Of a DNA stretch of 64,000 bases, positions 22,955 through 33,251 are shown in pieces. The DNA comes from Trueperaceae bacterium. Lineage in GTDB: Bacteria; Deinococcota; Deinococci; Deinococcales; Trueperaceae. The stretch's first letter is position 1. Each line of letters opens with the position of its first letter. The notes under the pieces were generated by a model, which made no database searches, had not been told where the DNA came from, and saw only the letters and a list, made by a program, of their open reading frames with translations. The stretch is from contig OZ243956.1 in assembly GCA_965214405.1 (NCBI GenBank), positions 2,912,001 to 2,976,000 on the forward strand. The letters are read 5' to 3'. Position numbers and translations under genes: made by a program.

Positions 22955-23045
22955 GGTGAGCCTTCCGTGGTTTTGAGGCGCTGAATCAAGAACTAACGGT
23001 TGAATTTAACACTCAAACAAATTTGAGCTTTATCAAACTTATTCT

Positions 23046-23432
23046 TTAGCTCGAGAGTGGGTGCAAGCTCAGATTCGCAACACCTTCAAAGTCTCGAGCG
23101 TTAAACGTCACGAGCGTAATGTTATGAACCAAAGCGGTTGCAGCGACAATGGCGTCAGGAACAAGAATGGGTCTGTTTGATTCCCTGCCGTGAAGAATAA
23201 TCTCACCTGCTTTGTCAGCAACGGCAACGTCTAGGTCAAGACTAACGAAACGCGAGAGCAGTTTCTCAGTGCTGGCCTGTTCAGATGGATGCGCGCCTGC
23301 TTTGACCTCGAGCCTCGTAACGGTTGAGATACATAGGCGGTTGGTTTTACCCAAAGCGCGTAGCAACTGCACCGTACTTTTTTGTCCACGCAAATGGCGG
23401 ATTAACAAACCAGTATCCAGCAGGTAACGCAA
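23046..23432 (-). CDS. vapC: VapC-family PIN toxin
   Basis: YLLDT, S.VT..E, DAIVAATA, LVT.N..DF acidic PIN residues. Confidence 0.9.
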   Translation of the reverse strand: MRYLLDTGLLIRHLRGQKSTVQLLRALGKTNRLCISTVTRLEVKAGAHPSEQASTEKLLSRFVSLDLDVAVADKAGEIILHGRESNRPILVPDAIVAATALVHNITLVTFNARDFEGVANLSLHPLSS

Positions 23433-23435
23433 AAG

Positions 23436-23688
23436 CTACCCCCAGCTTCGGCGGGATTCTTCAAGCCATGCTTCTATACCCTCATCATTTCGCATGTCCG
23501 GGTGATTTTCCAAAGACCACGCGCCCGCGGTTTCCTCGAGGGCGGCTGCTTGCTCGATGAGGTCAAGGTGTTCTTCAATAGCCTCTTTAATGAAAAGGTT
23601 ACGCTCACGGCTCGGTACGGTTTGGTTTAGGCGCTCGAGTAAACCTTTAGGTAGCGTTACAGTAACTTTTTGTTGGTCTAAAAGCCAT
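23436..23688 (-). pseudogene. RHH/CopG-like antitoxin with an apparent 1-nt insertion near the start
   Basis: AGGAGG + ATG GCT TTT AGA runs out of frame; the +1 frame reads LDQQKVTVTLPKGLLERLNQTVPSRERNLFIKEAIEEHL...AGAWS..HPD...WLEESRRSWG*; 253 nt = 3n+1. Confidence 0.7.
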
Positions 23689-23818
23689 CTAACTAGACCT
23701 CCTACTAAACGTCCAGCTTATCATGAACTGTTGCAGAGCTGTTTAGACAGTACAAATGGCTCTGGTTAAGTAACAAATGTTTACTCTGACAGGCATATAT
23801 TTGGGCGAAAAGTCAGTT

Positions 23819-24625
23819 TTATTCTGGGAACTCGCGTCGAAGCGTTGCCAGCACCTCGCCGTAAGTTTCCCTAATGTTGTTTTTAGAAAATTTGATGTAT
23901 TGAACTCCTTGAACGTTAGAAAACTCCTTTACACCCTCCTCGAGTAGCAGAATGGCGCGAGAAAAGCCGAGGCGTCCCTGAAAGAGGCCCGCTTCGTGAA
24001 CGACATTTTGTCTGGCTTGAAGCTGACCATCAGCCTGTTCGTCCTCACCTGTAAGTACCAAAAGCGCGAACGAACTTTTAGCTACCATCTCCTCGAGAAT
24101 GTCACGGATGGTATGCCCTGCTCGCGCGCCAGTTTCGTAAGCTTCAATCCTAAAGCCATGCTTATCTTGTAAGTGGTCTTTGAGGTCACGCCAGGCTGCG
24201 CTGCGTCCATGCCCAATGAATACTACGGGTCTTGCGGCAGGTGGTAATGGAAGAGGTGAAAGTTTGGCGGAGACAGCATATCTCTCAAACACATGAAAGA
24301 CCGTCTCAATGTCAACTCTCTGTCGCGCCTCCATGCTGACGTCTGTGTTTTGGTTTCTAATGGAAAATAAAAAGGTAGTGACAATATTGTGTTCGCCGTG
24401 TCTACCGCTCAAATGGAGACGTGCATCTCTATTGCACTTTCGGTAGTCGGCTAAGAACTCCTCTATTGTGTCGTGGTCCCAAGTCGAATCATCATGCTCT
24501 ACCGTGAGCGAAAGATATGAAGTTTTTACTCCTGTGCGTACTGCAGCTTCTTCTACTGCTGAAATTGCCTCTCTTAGAACATCAGCACTGAAGCGCGTAT
24601 TAAGGTACTTCTTTTCCTTCTTCAA
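23819..24625 (-). CDS. TIR-like nucleotide-binding domain protein (CAP12/Pycsar-effector-type TIR)
   Basis: VFIGHGR, FALLVLTGED, ARQNVVHEAGLFQGRLGF, FSNVQGVQYI. Confidence 0.85.
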   Translation of the reverse strand: MKKEKKYLNTRFSADVLREAISAVEEAAVRTGVKTSYLSLTVEHDDSTWDHDTIEEFLADYRKCNRDARLHLSGRHGEHNIVTTFLFSIRNQNTDVSMEARQRVDIETVFHVFERYAVSAKLSPLPLPPAARPVVFIGHGRSAAWRDLKDHLQDKHGFRIEAYETGARAGHTIRDILEEMVAKSSFALLVLTGEDEQADGQLQARQNVVHEAGLFQGRLGFSRAILLLEEGVKEFSNVQGVQYIKFSKNNIRETYGEVLATLRREFPE

Positions 24626-24695
24626 AAAAGCTCCTACAAAAGCTGATTAAGTTTACGCTGCACCCCATAGCGTGATTCCTGCAGAATATGTAAAG

Positions 24696-25436
24696 TTACC
24701 ACATAACCCTCCGAAATAACGCCAGCCCCACCCGCCCCCGGTACTGCGCCCGAAGAAGTTTTAACCCCGCCACGTTCGCCTGCGCCTCCAAACTTTTGGG
24801 CTCAACAAATCGGAGCCCCGACAGCCCCAGCGACCCCTGCCCCAACCGCCCAAGCCCCGTGTCGGCCTTGGTGATGTACATTTGCCACATCAGCCCACCG
24901 GGCCGGAGCACTCGAGCCATCTCCCTTAAAGTCCCCGGTAAATCAACCAACTCATTAAGCGTGCCGCCGGAAACAATGGCGTCGAAGACTTCGCTTTGAT
25001 AGGGGAGATGGCGCAGGTTAGCTAGAACCAACACCGGCTCTACCCCGTCACGTTCGGCGTATTCTCTGGCTTTTTTCAAAAAGGGGAGGCTATAGTCTAC
25101 GGCGTGAACCTCGAGCCCCCCTTTACCTAAAAGCGTGCGCGCGTAGAGCCCACCTGAACAACCCGCGTCGAGAAAACGCTCCCCCGGCTTTGGCTGGGTC
25201 CACTCGAGCATGAGCGCGAGTTCTCTTTCCACACTAAAGCCCCCGCGCGTCAAAATTCCTATGGAACGCATCCGCCACAGCGGCTCGTACACCGCGGCGG
25301 TGAGGGGTAAAAAGTTGCTCGACTGGGCGGGTGGAACGCGGGGTCTTTTCTCCAGAGCGCGGTAGACGCCCTCCTCGAGGGGGAGAGGAGATAAAAAAGG
25401 AGAATTGGACGCGTTCACTAAGGCGCATTGTGACAC
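24696..25436 (-). CDS. Class I SAM-dependent methyltransferase (start uncertain)
   Basis: FLDAGCSGG, AVDYS, LPY....FD, EMARVLRPGG. Confidence 0.85.
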   Translation of the reverse strand: MSQCALVNASNSPFLSPLPLEEGVYRALEKRPRVPPAQSSNFLPLTAAVYEPLWRMRSIGILTRGGFSVERELALMLEWTQPKPGERFLDAGCSGGLYARTLLGKGGLEVHAVDYSLPFLKKAREYAERDGVEPVLVLANLRHLPYQSEVFDAIVSGGTLNELVDLPGTLREMARVLRPGGLMWQMYITKADTGLGRLGQGSLGLSGLRFVEPKSLEAQANVAGLKLLRAQYRGRVGLALFRRVMW

Positions 25437-25492
25437 GCTTGCGTTCAGAGTTTCGTAGACGAAAGCGGGATGAGAAACGGTTCAGCGGCCTG

Positions 25493-26905
25493 TTATAAAG
25501 CTCGAGCCGCCTCACGCTCCTCTTTTGTGCTGCCGGGTCCTAAGTGCTTTAGCAAAATCTCAAACACGTCGGTAGCCTTAACGGTATGCTGTTGCAGCAG
25601 CCCCTTCTGCGTGGTCATCAAAAGCGGCGCTTTCTCCGGCGTGGGGCTCCGGCGACCGTGCGAACCCCCGACCACGGTAGCGTCCAAACCAATCACGTCC
25701 ATGAGGTAACGAAAACCGAGCTTCTTTTTAAGCAGCACCCCGCCCGCCTTGAACTTGGGGCGTTTGAGCGTAGGGTCCATAAAGAGTTCCGCAGGGTCGT
25801 AACCGGGTTTCTTGTGAATTTCCACCGTGCGCGCGAAGTCGGGGGCTTTTTTGTCATCCAGCCAGTAGTAGTAGGTGAACCAGGCGTCGGGCTCGGCCAA
25901 GACAACGAGTTCCCCTGAACGCGGGTGGTCAAGGCCGTGCGCCCGCTTGCCCTCCTCGCCCCAGACCTCCGCCACGCCGTCGGTAGCCTCCAAAAGCGCG
26001 CGCACCTCGTCTATGCGTGACGGGTCATTCACATACACGTGGGCGAGCTGATGGTCGGCGACGGCGAAGGCGCTGCTCATCCCCAAGTTGAGGTGCTCCA
26101 ACCCCTCCTCCTCGCGCACCGCCAAAAAGCCCCGCTCGCGGAAGAGGCGGTTGAGGTGGACGGGCTTCTTTACAGGCTCAATTCCGTATTCCGACAGAAC
26201 CACCACCACCACCCCGCGCCCCTCGAAAAAGGTGATGAGGTCGCCCGCCACCGTGTCGATGTCGCGCAGGTCTTGGGCGACTTTATGAAGGTCGGGGCCG
26301 TGTCTTTGCAAGCCGTAATCGAGGTGCGGGAGGTAAACGAGCGAGAGCGTCGGGGCGTGGCGCGTTTCAACCCATTTGGCGGCGTCGGCAATCCAGCGGC
26401 TCGAGACGATAGAGGAGTTCGGCCCCCAGAAGTTAAAGAGCGGAAACGTCCCCAGCTCCTCCTGCAAAGCGGGGCGCAGCTCGTGCGGCCAACTGTAGAT
26501 GTCAGGCAGCTTGCGCCCGTCGGCGGGGTACATGGGCCGCTCGACGACGGTGTAGTCGGCTGATGAATAGGTCGCGTAGCGCCAGAAGAGGTTCGCGCAG
26601 GTGAAGTTCGGGTCGCGCTCCCTCGCCACCTCCCAGATTTTGGGCGCTTGCACCAAACTGTCCGAACGGCTCCAGAAATGCACCTCGCACTCGTCACGAA
26701 AGTACCAGCCGTTGGCGACGACGCCGTGCTCACTCGGGAGTTTGCCTGTCAAGTAAGTGGCTTGCACCGTGGAGGTCACGGCGGGAAGCGCCTCTTCGAT
26801 GGTTGCCAGGTCGCCTCGAGCCCGGAACGCCTGCAGCTTAGGCGTGTGCTCGCCCAGCAGTTCCGGCGTGAGGCCGACGATGTTAAGAACGACGGTTCGG
26901 TTCAT
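25493..26905 (-). CDS. eboF: Alkaline phosphatase/nucleotide pyrophosphatase EboF
   Basis: VVLNIVGL, PAVT, HGVVANGWY, YLPHLDY, HKKPGYDP.ELF, GSHG; ebo context. Confidence 0.85.
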   Translation of the reverse strand: MNRTVVLNIVGLTPELLGEHTPKLQAFRARGDLATIEEALPAVTSTVQATYLTGKLPSEHGVVANGWYFRDECEVHFWSRSDSLVQAPKIWEVARERDPNFTCANLFWRYATYSSADYTVVERPMYPADGRKLPDIYSWPHELRPALQEELGTFPLFNFWGPNSSIVSSRWIADAAKWVETRHAPTLSLVYLPHLDYGLQRHGPDLHKVAQDLRDIDTVAGDLITFFEGRGVVVVVLSEYGIEPVKKPVHLNRLFRERGFLAVREEEGLEHLNLGMSSAFAVADHQLAHVYVNDPSRIDEVRALLEATDGVAEVWGEEGKRAHGLDHPRSGELVVLAEPDAWFTYYYWLDDKKAPDFARTVEIHKKPGYDPAELFMDPTLKRPKFKAGGVLLKKKLGFRYLMDVIGLDATVVGGSHGRRSPTPEKAPLLMTTQKGLLQQHTVKATDVFEILLKHLGPGSTKEEREAARAL

Positions 26906-26961
26906 CTTTTATCCCCTAAGCTCAAGTTCTCTGACGTGCTTCATAGTCACGTCCTCTGCCT

Positions 26962-27840
26962 TTAAGTTCCCTTGATATAACGCTGAAAAAAGAGCGTGAG
27001 CCCGAACGCCAGCCCCGCCAGCCCCACCCCGACGGCGCTCCCCGCCCCGGCCAGCACCAGCGCGTCGAGGAGCGACACGCCCGCGATGAGCCGCCCGATG
27101 GCCCCGCCGTAGTCGCGCCTTTTGTACACGAAAGAGAGGCTGTAGACCGTCCAGCCCGTGAACAGGAGGACGAGGAACACGCCCGCGTCCGTGAATTGCA
27201 GCGACGCGTAGAGCGCGGGCAAAAAGAGGAGCGCGGCGGGCCACAGGCCCAGCAGGCCGGGTTGCCGCTCCACCTTGGCGAGGTAGGTGAGCCCGACGAT
27301 GTAGAGACCCAGGAGCGCCATCCACACGAAAAGGGCGGGGGAGAGGAGCGTCGAAAAGGCCAAAAACGCGGTGAGGTACACCAGCGCCCTGGTGCTCGCC
27401 ATCACCACCGGGCTTAGCGGGTTGGTCTTGTGCCAGGCGTCGTAGAGGACGATGAGGCCGATTAAGACGAGCCCACTCAGAAAGGGCGCGACGCCGGTAA
27501 CGAGCAACAGCACGCCGCCAGTCCCGAAAAGCGCGAGGATGGTCGCAGTGGCGGCGGCGTGCGTGACCGCGCCCGACGGGAGCGGGCGTTCGGGGCGCTC
27601 GAGCCTGTCCCGCTCAAAATCCAAAAGGTCGTTCAGATACATCCCGGCGGTGTAAAAAAGAACAAGTGCCACTACGAGGAGAATCAGCGTAGGTGCAGCG
27701 TTCTCCGTGCTAAACGCCCCCGCCAGGGCCGCGCCCGCCAGAACGTTGCTGGCAACCGTTGGGGCGTTGGAAATGCGCGCCAGCGCGAGGTGCGCCCGCA
27801 GCGTCCCGCCCCAGCCCTTTGGAACGGTCCTAGAGTTCAC
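26962..27840 (-). CDS. eboC: UbiA-family prenyltransferase EboC
   Basis: GMYLNDLLD...D...RPERPLPSG, YDAWHK; many TM helices. Confidence 0.85.
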   Translation of the reverse strand: MNSRTVPKGWGGTLRAHLALARISNAPTVASNVLAGAALAGAFSTENAAPTLILLVVALVLFYTAGMYLNDLLDFERDRLERPERPLPSGAVTHAAATATILALFGTGGVLLLVTGVAPFLSGLVLIGLIVLYDAWHKTNPLSPVVMASTRALVYLTAFLAFSTLLSPALFVWMALLGLYIVGLTYLAKVERQPGLLGLWPAALLFLPALYASLQFTDAGVFLVLLFTGWTVYSLSFVYKRRDYGGAIGRLIAGVSLLDALVLAGAGSAVGVGLAGLAFGLTLFFQRYIKGT

Positions 27841-29026
27841 GGAGCACCCATTCATATTCACGCGCGATGGACTCGCCCAAGTCTGCCTTGAGCCCCGGCG
27901 GCAGCACTTCCCAGGTGTAAGTTTCGATTTCTAAGTGGTTGGTAAAGGGCCGTTCGCGCAGAAGTTTGAACGTTTCCGAAATGGTGTCCTGTGTCGAACC
28001 AAGCTCGCCGTACCCTTCAGCAAAGATGGGCACGTGAAAATGGATGCGCCATTCTGCGGCGTCGGGGCTTTGGATGTGCTCGAGTGCTTCGGGTAGATCG
28101 GGATACTGGGTGAAACTGCCGTCCTGACTGCGCTGCACAACTTGGTGGAGATAGGTGGATTCGGCAAAGGGGAGGAGGCGTTGCGCCGTCTCTTCTCTGG
28201 CACCCTCCGGCAACGGCACGCGGAGCGCGGAAGAGACCTGAACTTTGCCCACTTTGATACCCACTTCGGCAAGGTCAGCCAGCACCGCCGCGGGCTCCTC
28301 AAAGGCCACCGCCGCGTGGCAGGTGTCGAAGCAGACTTGGATGTGCTCGAGCAGCCTCCCCCGCGCCTCGTCCTCCGTTCCCCCCAACCGCCGCGCCAGA
28401 TTTGCCGCGCCTCTGGTAAGGAGCCAGTCTTTGTAAAAAGAGACGAGTTCCGCGTTCGTTCCCAGCAAACCGTCGGGTTCGGGTTCGATGTCTAAATGAA
28501 TCGTCTTGCCCTGCGTTTCCTTCACCCGCACCAGCGCCTCGGCTACGCGCACGACGTTCTCGGTCAAGGTTTCCCAGAGCGCCGGGTCGTCCGCATTCAC
28601 CCAAGTTTTGTAAGAGAGCGGGCTCGTCGAGATGCCGCCCTCGGTATCCTCCGGCAAGAGGTACGCAAGCATTTCAATAAGCCGCAGCGTGTACGCTACC
28701 CGCTCCTCGCTCTGCCAGTCGGGCGCGTGGACCTCCGCCTTGACCGCCTGTCCGTGAAAAGGGCCGTAAGGAAAGCCGTTCATGGTAAAGATATACAAGC
28801 CCTCAGACTCGAGCCACACCCTAAAGTCCTCTAACCGTGTCCCTTCAAGCCCCTCGCAACTCTCCACTCCCGACAGCCTCAAGCCGATGCCAAAAGGCTT
28901 GTCGGGCGAAAAGCGCGCCTTGAGGGCCGGGGCGTAGCGCGCTAGGTTCGCCCGCACCCCCTCCCAACCGCTGCTCGCGTGGATGTTGGTGCAGTAGGTG
29001 AGTTCTAAGCCGCTACTGAGCCGCAT
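27830..29026 (-). CDS. eboE: TIM-barrel metabolite traffic protein EboE
   Basis: [40 protein letters not shown]. Confidence 0.9.
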   Translation of the reverse strand: MRLSSGLELTYCTNIHASSGWEGVRANLARYAPALKARFSPDKPFGIGLRLSGVESCEGLEGTRLEDFRVWLESEGLYIFTMNGFPYGPFHGQAVKAEVHAPDWQSEERVAYTLRLIEMLAYLLPEDTEGGISTSPLSYKTWVNADDPALWETLTENVVRVAEALVRVKETQGKTIHLDIEPEPDGLLGTNAELVSFYKDWLLTRGAANLARRLGGTEDEARGRLLEHIQVCFDTCHAAVAFEEPAAVLADLAEVGIKVGKVQVSSALRVPLPEGAREETAQRLLPFAESTYLHQVVQRSQDGSFTQYPDLPEALEHIQSPDAAEWRIHFHVPIFAEGYGELGSTQDTISETFKLLRERPFTNHLEIETYTWEVLPPGLKADLGESIAREYEWVLREL

Positions 29027-29870
29027 GGCCGACGAGGAGTTCACCCTCGGGCGTGGTCTCGGCGGGCGTGGCTAGCTTGAATTTGGGCGACCCGCTGAGG
29101 AAGGCCTTGGGGTTTTCAAAGATGATGCGGTTGACTAAGTCTTCGCCGTGCGCGCGGCGGCGCATCTCGAGCGCGAACGTCGGCACCGCGACGGGATCGC
29201 TCGGTCCCCAGTCGCAGGCGGAGGCGACGCAGACGCGCTCAGCGCCGTGCATCTCGATCATGTCAATCGCGCGCCCCGGCGAGGCCTTGGTCTTGGGATA
29301 AAGCGTGACGCCCGTCCAGAAGCCGTTATCCAGAATCATCGGCAGCGTGTGCTCCTCGGCGTGGTCCACCATCACCCGGTTGGGGTCGATGCGGGGGTCC
29401 GCGGCTAAGGTCTCGACGATGATCTTGGTGCCTTTGTATTTGTCTTCTAAGTGCGGCGTGTGGATGTGAATCATCTGGTCATGCTCCAAGGCCAGCTCCA
29501 CATGGTCCTTAAAGGTCGCTAGCTCGTTGCGCGTCACCCGGTTGAGGCCGATTTCGCCAATGCCCAAAACGTTGGGACGGTCCAAAAACTCGGGGATGAT
29601 GGCTAAAACTTGCTTGGTGAGCGCCCGGTCCTCGCCCTCTTTGGGGTTCAAACAGAGCCAGGTGTAGTGCTGGATGCCGTACTGCGCGGCGCGCTTGGGC
29701 TCGAAGTCGGTCAAGTGGTCGAAGTAGTCCGCGAACACGTCCGCGCTTCGGCGGTCATAACCCGCCCAGAAAGCGGGTTCGGTTAGGGCCACGCAGCCCG
29801 TGAGCGCCATGCGCTGATAATCGTCCGTCGTGCGCGAGACCATGTGCGCGTGCAAGTCTATATACTTCAT
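29013..29870 (-). CDS. eboB: TatD-family hydrolase EboB
   Basis: [43 protein letters not shown]. Confidence 0.88.
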   Translation of the reverse strand: MKYIDLHAHMVSRTTDDYQRMALTGCVALTEPAFWAGYDRRSADVFADYFDHLTDFEPKRAAQYGIQHYTWLCLNPKEGEDRALTKQVLAIIPEFLDRPNVLGIGEIGLNRVTRNELATFKDHVELALEHDQMIHIHTPHLEDKYKGTKIIVETLAADPRIDPNRVMVDHAEEHTLPMILDNGFWTGVTLYPKTKASPGRAIDMIEMHGAERVCVASACDWGPSDPVAVPTFALEMRRRAHGEDLVNRIIFENPKAFLSGSPKFKLATPAETTPEGELLVGHAAQ

Positions 29871-30166
29871 TTTTTCCCCTTCCGAACGGAAGCCCCGAAC
29901 GCCCCCTGCTGGTCGCGTTCTTCTAAAAGTTCGCTGTTAAGATCGCTCAAAATCATCTGCACCCGCTCGGCCCGCCCCGGACCCTCCGTTTGCAGCGCCC
30001 CCAGCGCCTCCCGGAACGCGACGAAGCGAAAGTCGTCCTCGGCGTCACGAGCGCTCGAGCGGTCCAGCCGGTCCAAAAACCCCGCGATGTCCAAAATCTT
30101 GGTCCGGTGTTCGATAAAAAACTCGTCGATGAGTTCCTTTTGCGTCATCGGGCAAGTGCCAGCCAT
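29867..30166 (-). CDS. Hypothetical protein within the ebo operon
   Basis: Overlaps both neighbours; F.EHR.KILDIA.FLDRLDR motif. Confidence 0.7.
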   Translation of the reverse strand: MAGTCPMTQKELIDEFFIEHRTKILDIAGFLDRLDRSSARDAEDDFRFVAFREALGALQTEGPGRAERVQMILSDLNSELLEERDQQGAFGASVRKGKK

Positions 30167-31320
30167 ACGTCACCCCTTTCCGTGTTCGTGGTGTAGGTTT
30201 CTAAAAGCGTGATGCTTTCCCTAAGTTTGGTCTCATCCATCTCGTGAACCTCGAGCCCCCGCCCGATGCCCTCGAGGAGCATGATGGTGAGTTCGCCGCC
30301 CAAGTGCTCCTGAAACTCGCTCAAGCCGCTTAATACCGCCGGGTCGCGCAGTTCGGGAGTCGTAAGCGACAGCCTCAGGTTTACAAAAAGGTCCAAGATG
30401 CGCCGCCAAGACGCTTCATCCAACATCCCGGTTAAATAGGCGTAGGACGAGTCAAGCGCGATCCCCACCGCCACCGCCTCGCCGTGGCGCAATTCATAGC
30501 CGCTCAGCGCTTCCAGCTTGTGCGCCGCCCAGTGACCAAAGTCCAAGGGGCGAGAGGAGCCGAACTCGAAGGGGTCGCCGCTCGAGGCGATGTGGTGCAG
30601 GTGCAGCTCGGCGCAGCGGTAGACGAGGTAGCGCACCGCGTCCATGTCGCGGTCGACCAAGTCTTGCGCGTGCGCCTCTATCCATTCGAAAAAAGCTGCA
30701 TCTTTAAGAAGTGCAACCTTGACGGCTTCCGAGATGCCCCCCAACCAGTCACGGTCTGAAAGCGTCATTAAAAAGTCGCTGTCGTTCAAGACCGCGTAGG
30801 GCGGCGCGAAGGTGCCCAGGAAATTCTTTTTTCCAAACGCGTTGACGCTGTTTTTGACGCCCACCGCCGAGTCGTTTTGCGAGAGCACGGTGGTCGGCAC
30901 CCGCACGAGGCGCACGCCCCGGTGCGCGGTTGCGGCGGCGTAGCCCGCCATGTCGATGACCGCGCCCCCGCCGATCACGACCACGAACGCGTGGCGGTCG
31001 AGGCCGAAGCGGTGAACGGCGTCGTGAACGGCAGAGACGGCGGCAGGGTCGTTCTTGACGCCCTCGCCCCCCTCAACCACGAGCGGCGGATGAACGAGCG
31101 AGAGCGCGTCCGCGTAGGCGTCACAGTAGCGGGTGATGTCCGTTGTAAGTGCCGGGTGATGCCGCGCCACTCCCGCGTCGAGCACAACGAGGATTTTGTG
31201 GGGTCTGTTGCCGCGCCCCAGCACGTCCGCAAAAAGGGGATTGTCAGGAGAAAAAAGTTGCTGCGTGAAGTGGACCGGGTAGCGGAAAGCCACCTCGATT
31301 TCTTGCAAAATGGCGTCCAT
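30145..31320 (-). CDS. eboD: 3-dehydroquinate synthase-like sugar-phosphate cyclase EboD
   Basis: [45 protein letters not shown]. Confidence 0.9.
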   Translation of the reverse strand: MDAILQEIEVAFRYPVHFTQQLFSPDNPLFADVLGRGNRPHKILVVLDAGVARHHPALTTDITRYCDAYADALSLVHPPLVVEGGEGVKNDPAAVSAVHDAVHRFGLDRHAFVVVIGGGAVIDMAGYAAATAHRGVRLVRVPTTVLSQNDSAVGVKNSVNAFGKKNFLGTFAPPYAVLNDSDFLMTLSDRDWLGGISEAVKVALLKDAAFFEWIEAHAQDLVDRDMDAVRYLVYRCAELHLHHIASSGDPFEFGSSRPLDFGHWAAHKLEALSGYELRHGEAVAVGIALDSSYAYLTGMLDEASWRRILDLFVNLRLSLTTPELRDPAVLSGLSEFQEHLGGELTIMLLEGIGRGLEVHEMDETKLRESITLLETYTTNTERGDVWLALAR

Positions 31321-31513
31321 TTCTCTACCTTACTGTCTCTTTGCATAGACTTTTGTGCGTTATTCACTCATTTCTGTGCTGTGTAAATTCTTGCGTCAGC
31401 CAAATTTTTTGGGTCCTCGAGTCGCTTCCAACATCGCAACAGGAATAAGGAAGAATCGCGCAAAGTGGCGAACGCCGTTTTGTTGAGCGCGTCCGCCGCG
31501 CAAAAGTAGAGGG

Positions 31514-32794
31514 ATGACGGATTGGGAGATTCTTATTATCGGCGCGGGCGCGGCGGGGTTGGCGGCGGCGCATGCTTTGCGGGGGGCGGGGCGCATGGGG
31601 GTGCTCGAGGCTCGAGACCGCGTCGGCGGGCGCGTGCTCAGCCTTTCGGATCCCGCGTTTCCGTTGCCTATCGAAGGGGGCGCAGAATACATCCACGGAC
31701 GAGCGGCGGCGCGTTCGGCGTTTTTGCGGGCTGCCGGGGTCGTTCCGGTGGACGTGGCCGACGAGCATTTTCTTCTTCAGGGAGGGAGCTTAGAACCCGC
31801 GGAGGGATTTTTTGCCAAGGCGGGTGAACTTTTGGGTGGGCTCGAGCTGACGGCGGCTGATGACTCCCTCGAGGCGCTCCTCAACCGGCCCTCAACGGAC
31901 GCGGACGAGGCCACAAAAACCCTTGTCCGCACGCTCGTCGAAGGCTTCGACGCGGCGGACCCCGCGCGGGCGAGCGCGGCTGCATTGGCCGAGGAGTGGC
32001 GCGGCGGTGCCAATGAGGAGGGCGCGCAGTTCCGGCCTTTGGGCGGGTACGGCGGGCTGTTGCGCTTTTTCACCCGCTCCATCACGCCCGAGGTGACGCT
32101 GCTCCTCAATACCGTTGTCCGGGAGGTGCGCTGGGGTGAGGGAGAAGTAGAAGTAGCCTGTGAGCGTTTCGGCCGAGAAGAAACTTTCCGGGCGCGCCGC
32201 GTTATCGTCACGCTGCCCCTGAGCCTGCTCAAACAAGGTGCGCCGGGCGCGGTGCGCTTCTCCCCGGCCTTACAAAAAGAGGAGGCGTTGGCGGGGCTCG
32301 AGCTAGGCCCCGTAGTCAAGGTGCTGCTCAAGTTTGGAGAGCCGTTTTGGGAGGATACGGAGGACGGGCGCTACTTCAGCGCCGCTTACTTCCACGCACC
32401 CGACGCGCCTTTCCCAACCTTCTGGACCTCCCTGCCCCTGCGCGCGCCTGTACTGACTGCGTGGGCGGGCGGACCCAAGGCGGCGCGCTTAGGGGCGTGT
32501 TCGGAAGAGGAGATAATTGAGCGGGCGCTCTCGAGCCTTGAGACACTTTTCCCCAGAGTGCCCCGCCCCGAGGGGGTACGCGTTTACGACTGGCAGCGCG
32601 ACCCGTTTTCAAAGGGCGCGTACAGCTTCGTCACCGTGGGCGGCGTGGGCGCGCGTGAGAAGTTGGGAGCGCCGCTCAAAAACACCCTCTTTTTTGCGGG
32701 AGAAGCGACGGACACAGACGGCAAAGCGGGCACGGTTTACGGCGCACTTCAAAGCGGGGTGCGGGCGGCTCGAGAGGTGCTGGACGCGCTCTAA
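31514..32794 (+). CDS. Flavin monoamine oxidase family protein
   Basis: IIGAGAAGLAAA, LEARDRVGGR, W..DPFSKGAYS, FAGEAT, TV.GA..SG.RAA. Confidence 0.9.
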   Translation: MTDWEILIIGAGAAGLAAAHALRGAGRMGVLEARDRVGGRVLSLSDPAFPLPIEGGAEYIHGRAAARSAFLRAAGVVPVDVADEHFLLQGGSLEPAEGFFAKAGELLGGLELTAADDSLEALLNRPSTDADEATKTLVRTLVEGFDAADPARASAAALAEEWRGGANEEGAQFRPLGGYGGLLRFFTRSITPEVTLLLNTVVREVRWGEGEVEVACERFGREETFRARRVIVTLPLSLLKQGAPGAVRFSPALQKEEALAGLELGPVVKVLLKFGEPFWEDTEDGRYFSAAYFHAPDAPFPTFWTSLPLRAPVLTAWAGGPKAARLGACSEEEIIERALSSLETLFPRVPRPEGVRVYDWQRDPFSKGAYSFVTVGGVGAREKLGAPLKNTLFFAGEATDTDGKAGTVYGALQSGVRAAREVLDAL

Positions 32795-32920
32795 CTAAAA
32801 ATCCCCACATCCTACAGAAAGCGGCCTCGGTGGGGTGCTACGTTCGGGATGTAAGGGAGATATCACGTAGATTTTGTAACCTCAACCCGCCGTTGAGCTA
32901 GATGAAAGAAAGGGAAGAGC

Positions 32921-33154
32921 ATGAGTGATGATGCAGAGCGAGACGAATCAGAAACGCCCTTAGAAAGGGACGAGGACGACCACGAACTCACTTTTGAGCA
33001 CGGTTTTGGTGCGAATGAGGCGCTTCATGAGGATGATGACAGATCACTCGCCGAAATCGCCGGGGTGAGCGAGGAGGAGGTGCGGGAGGATTTGCTCGAG
33101 TCGAACGCGGAGGATGAAGGAGGCGCGGCAGACAAGCGGGCGACCGAGCACTAA
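32921..33154 (+). CDS. Small acidic hypothetical protein
   Basis: Purine-rich RBS; very D/E-rich 77 aa; followed by hairpin. Confidence 0.6.
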   Translation: MSDDAERDESETPLERDEDDHELTFEHGFGANEALHEDDDRSLAEIAGVSEEEVREDLLESNAEDEGGAADKRATEH

Positions 33155-33202
33155 GAGGCTTGAACCTTCTCAAACTAAACCCACGACGCCTCACCAACTA
33201 AA

Positions 33203-33227
33203 AAGGGAGCGTTTTGGAACGCTCCCT
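33203..33227. terminator. Probable bidirectional terminator
   Basis: AGGGAGCGTT-TTGG-AACGCTCCCT between convergent genes. Confidence 0.65.
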
Positions 33228-33251
33228 CTCTCTTTCGTGTGTTCGCTACCG

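Noticed and set aside
23819..24625. Complete CBASS, Pycsar or Thoeris system
   Set aside because: No cyclase or partner effector gene nearby.
30145..31320. Housekeeping aroB or a mycosporine gene cluster
   Set aside because: Context is eboB/E/C/F; no ATP-grasp partner or adjacent aro genes.
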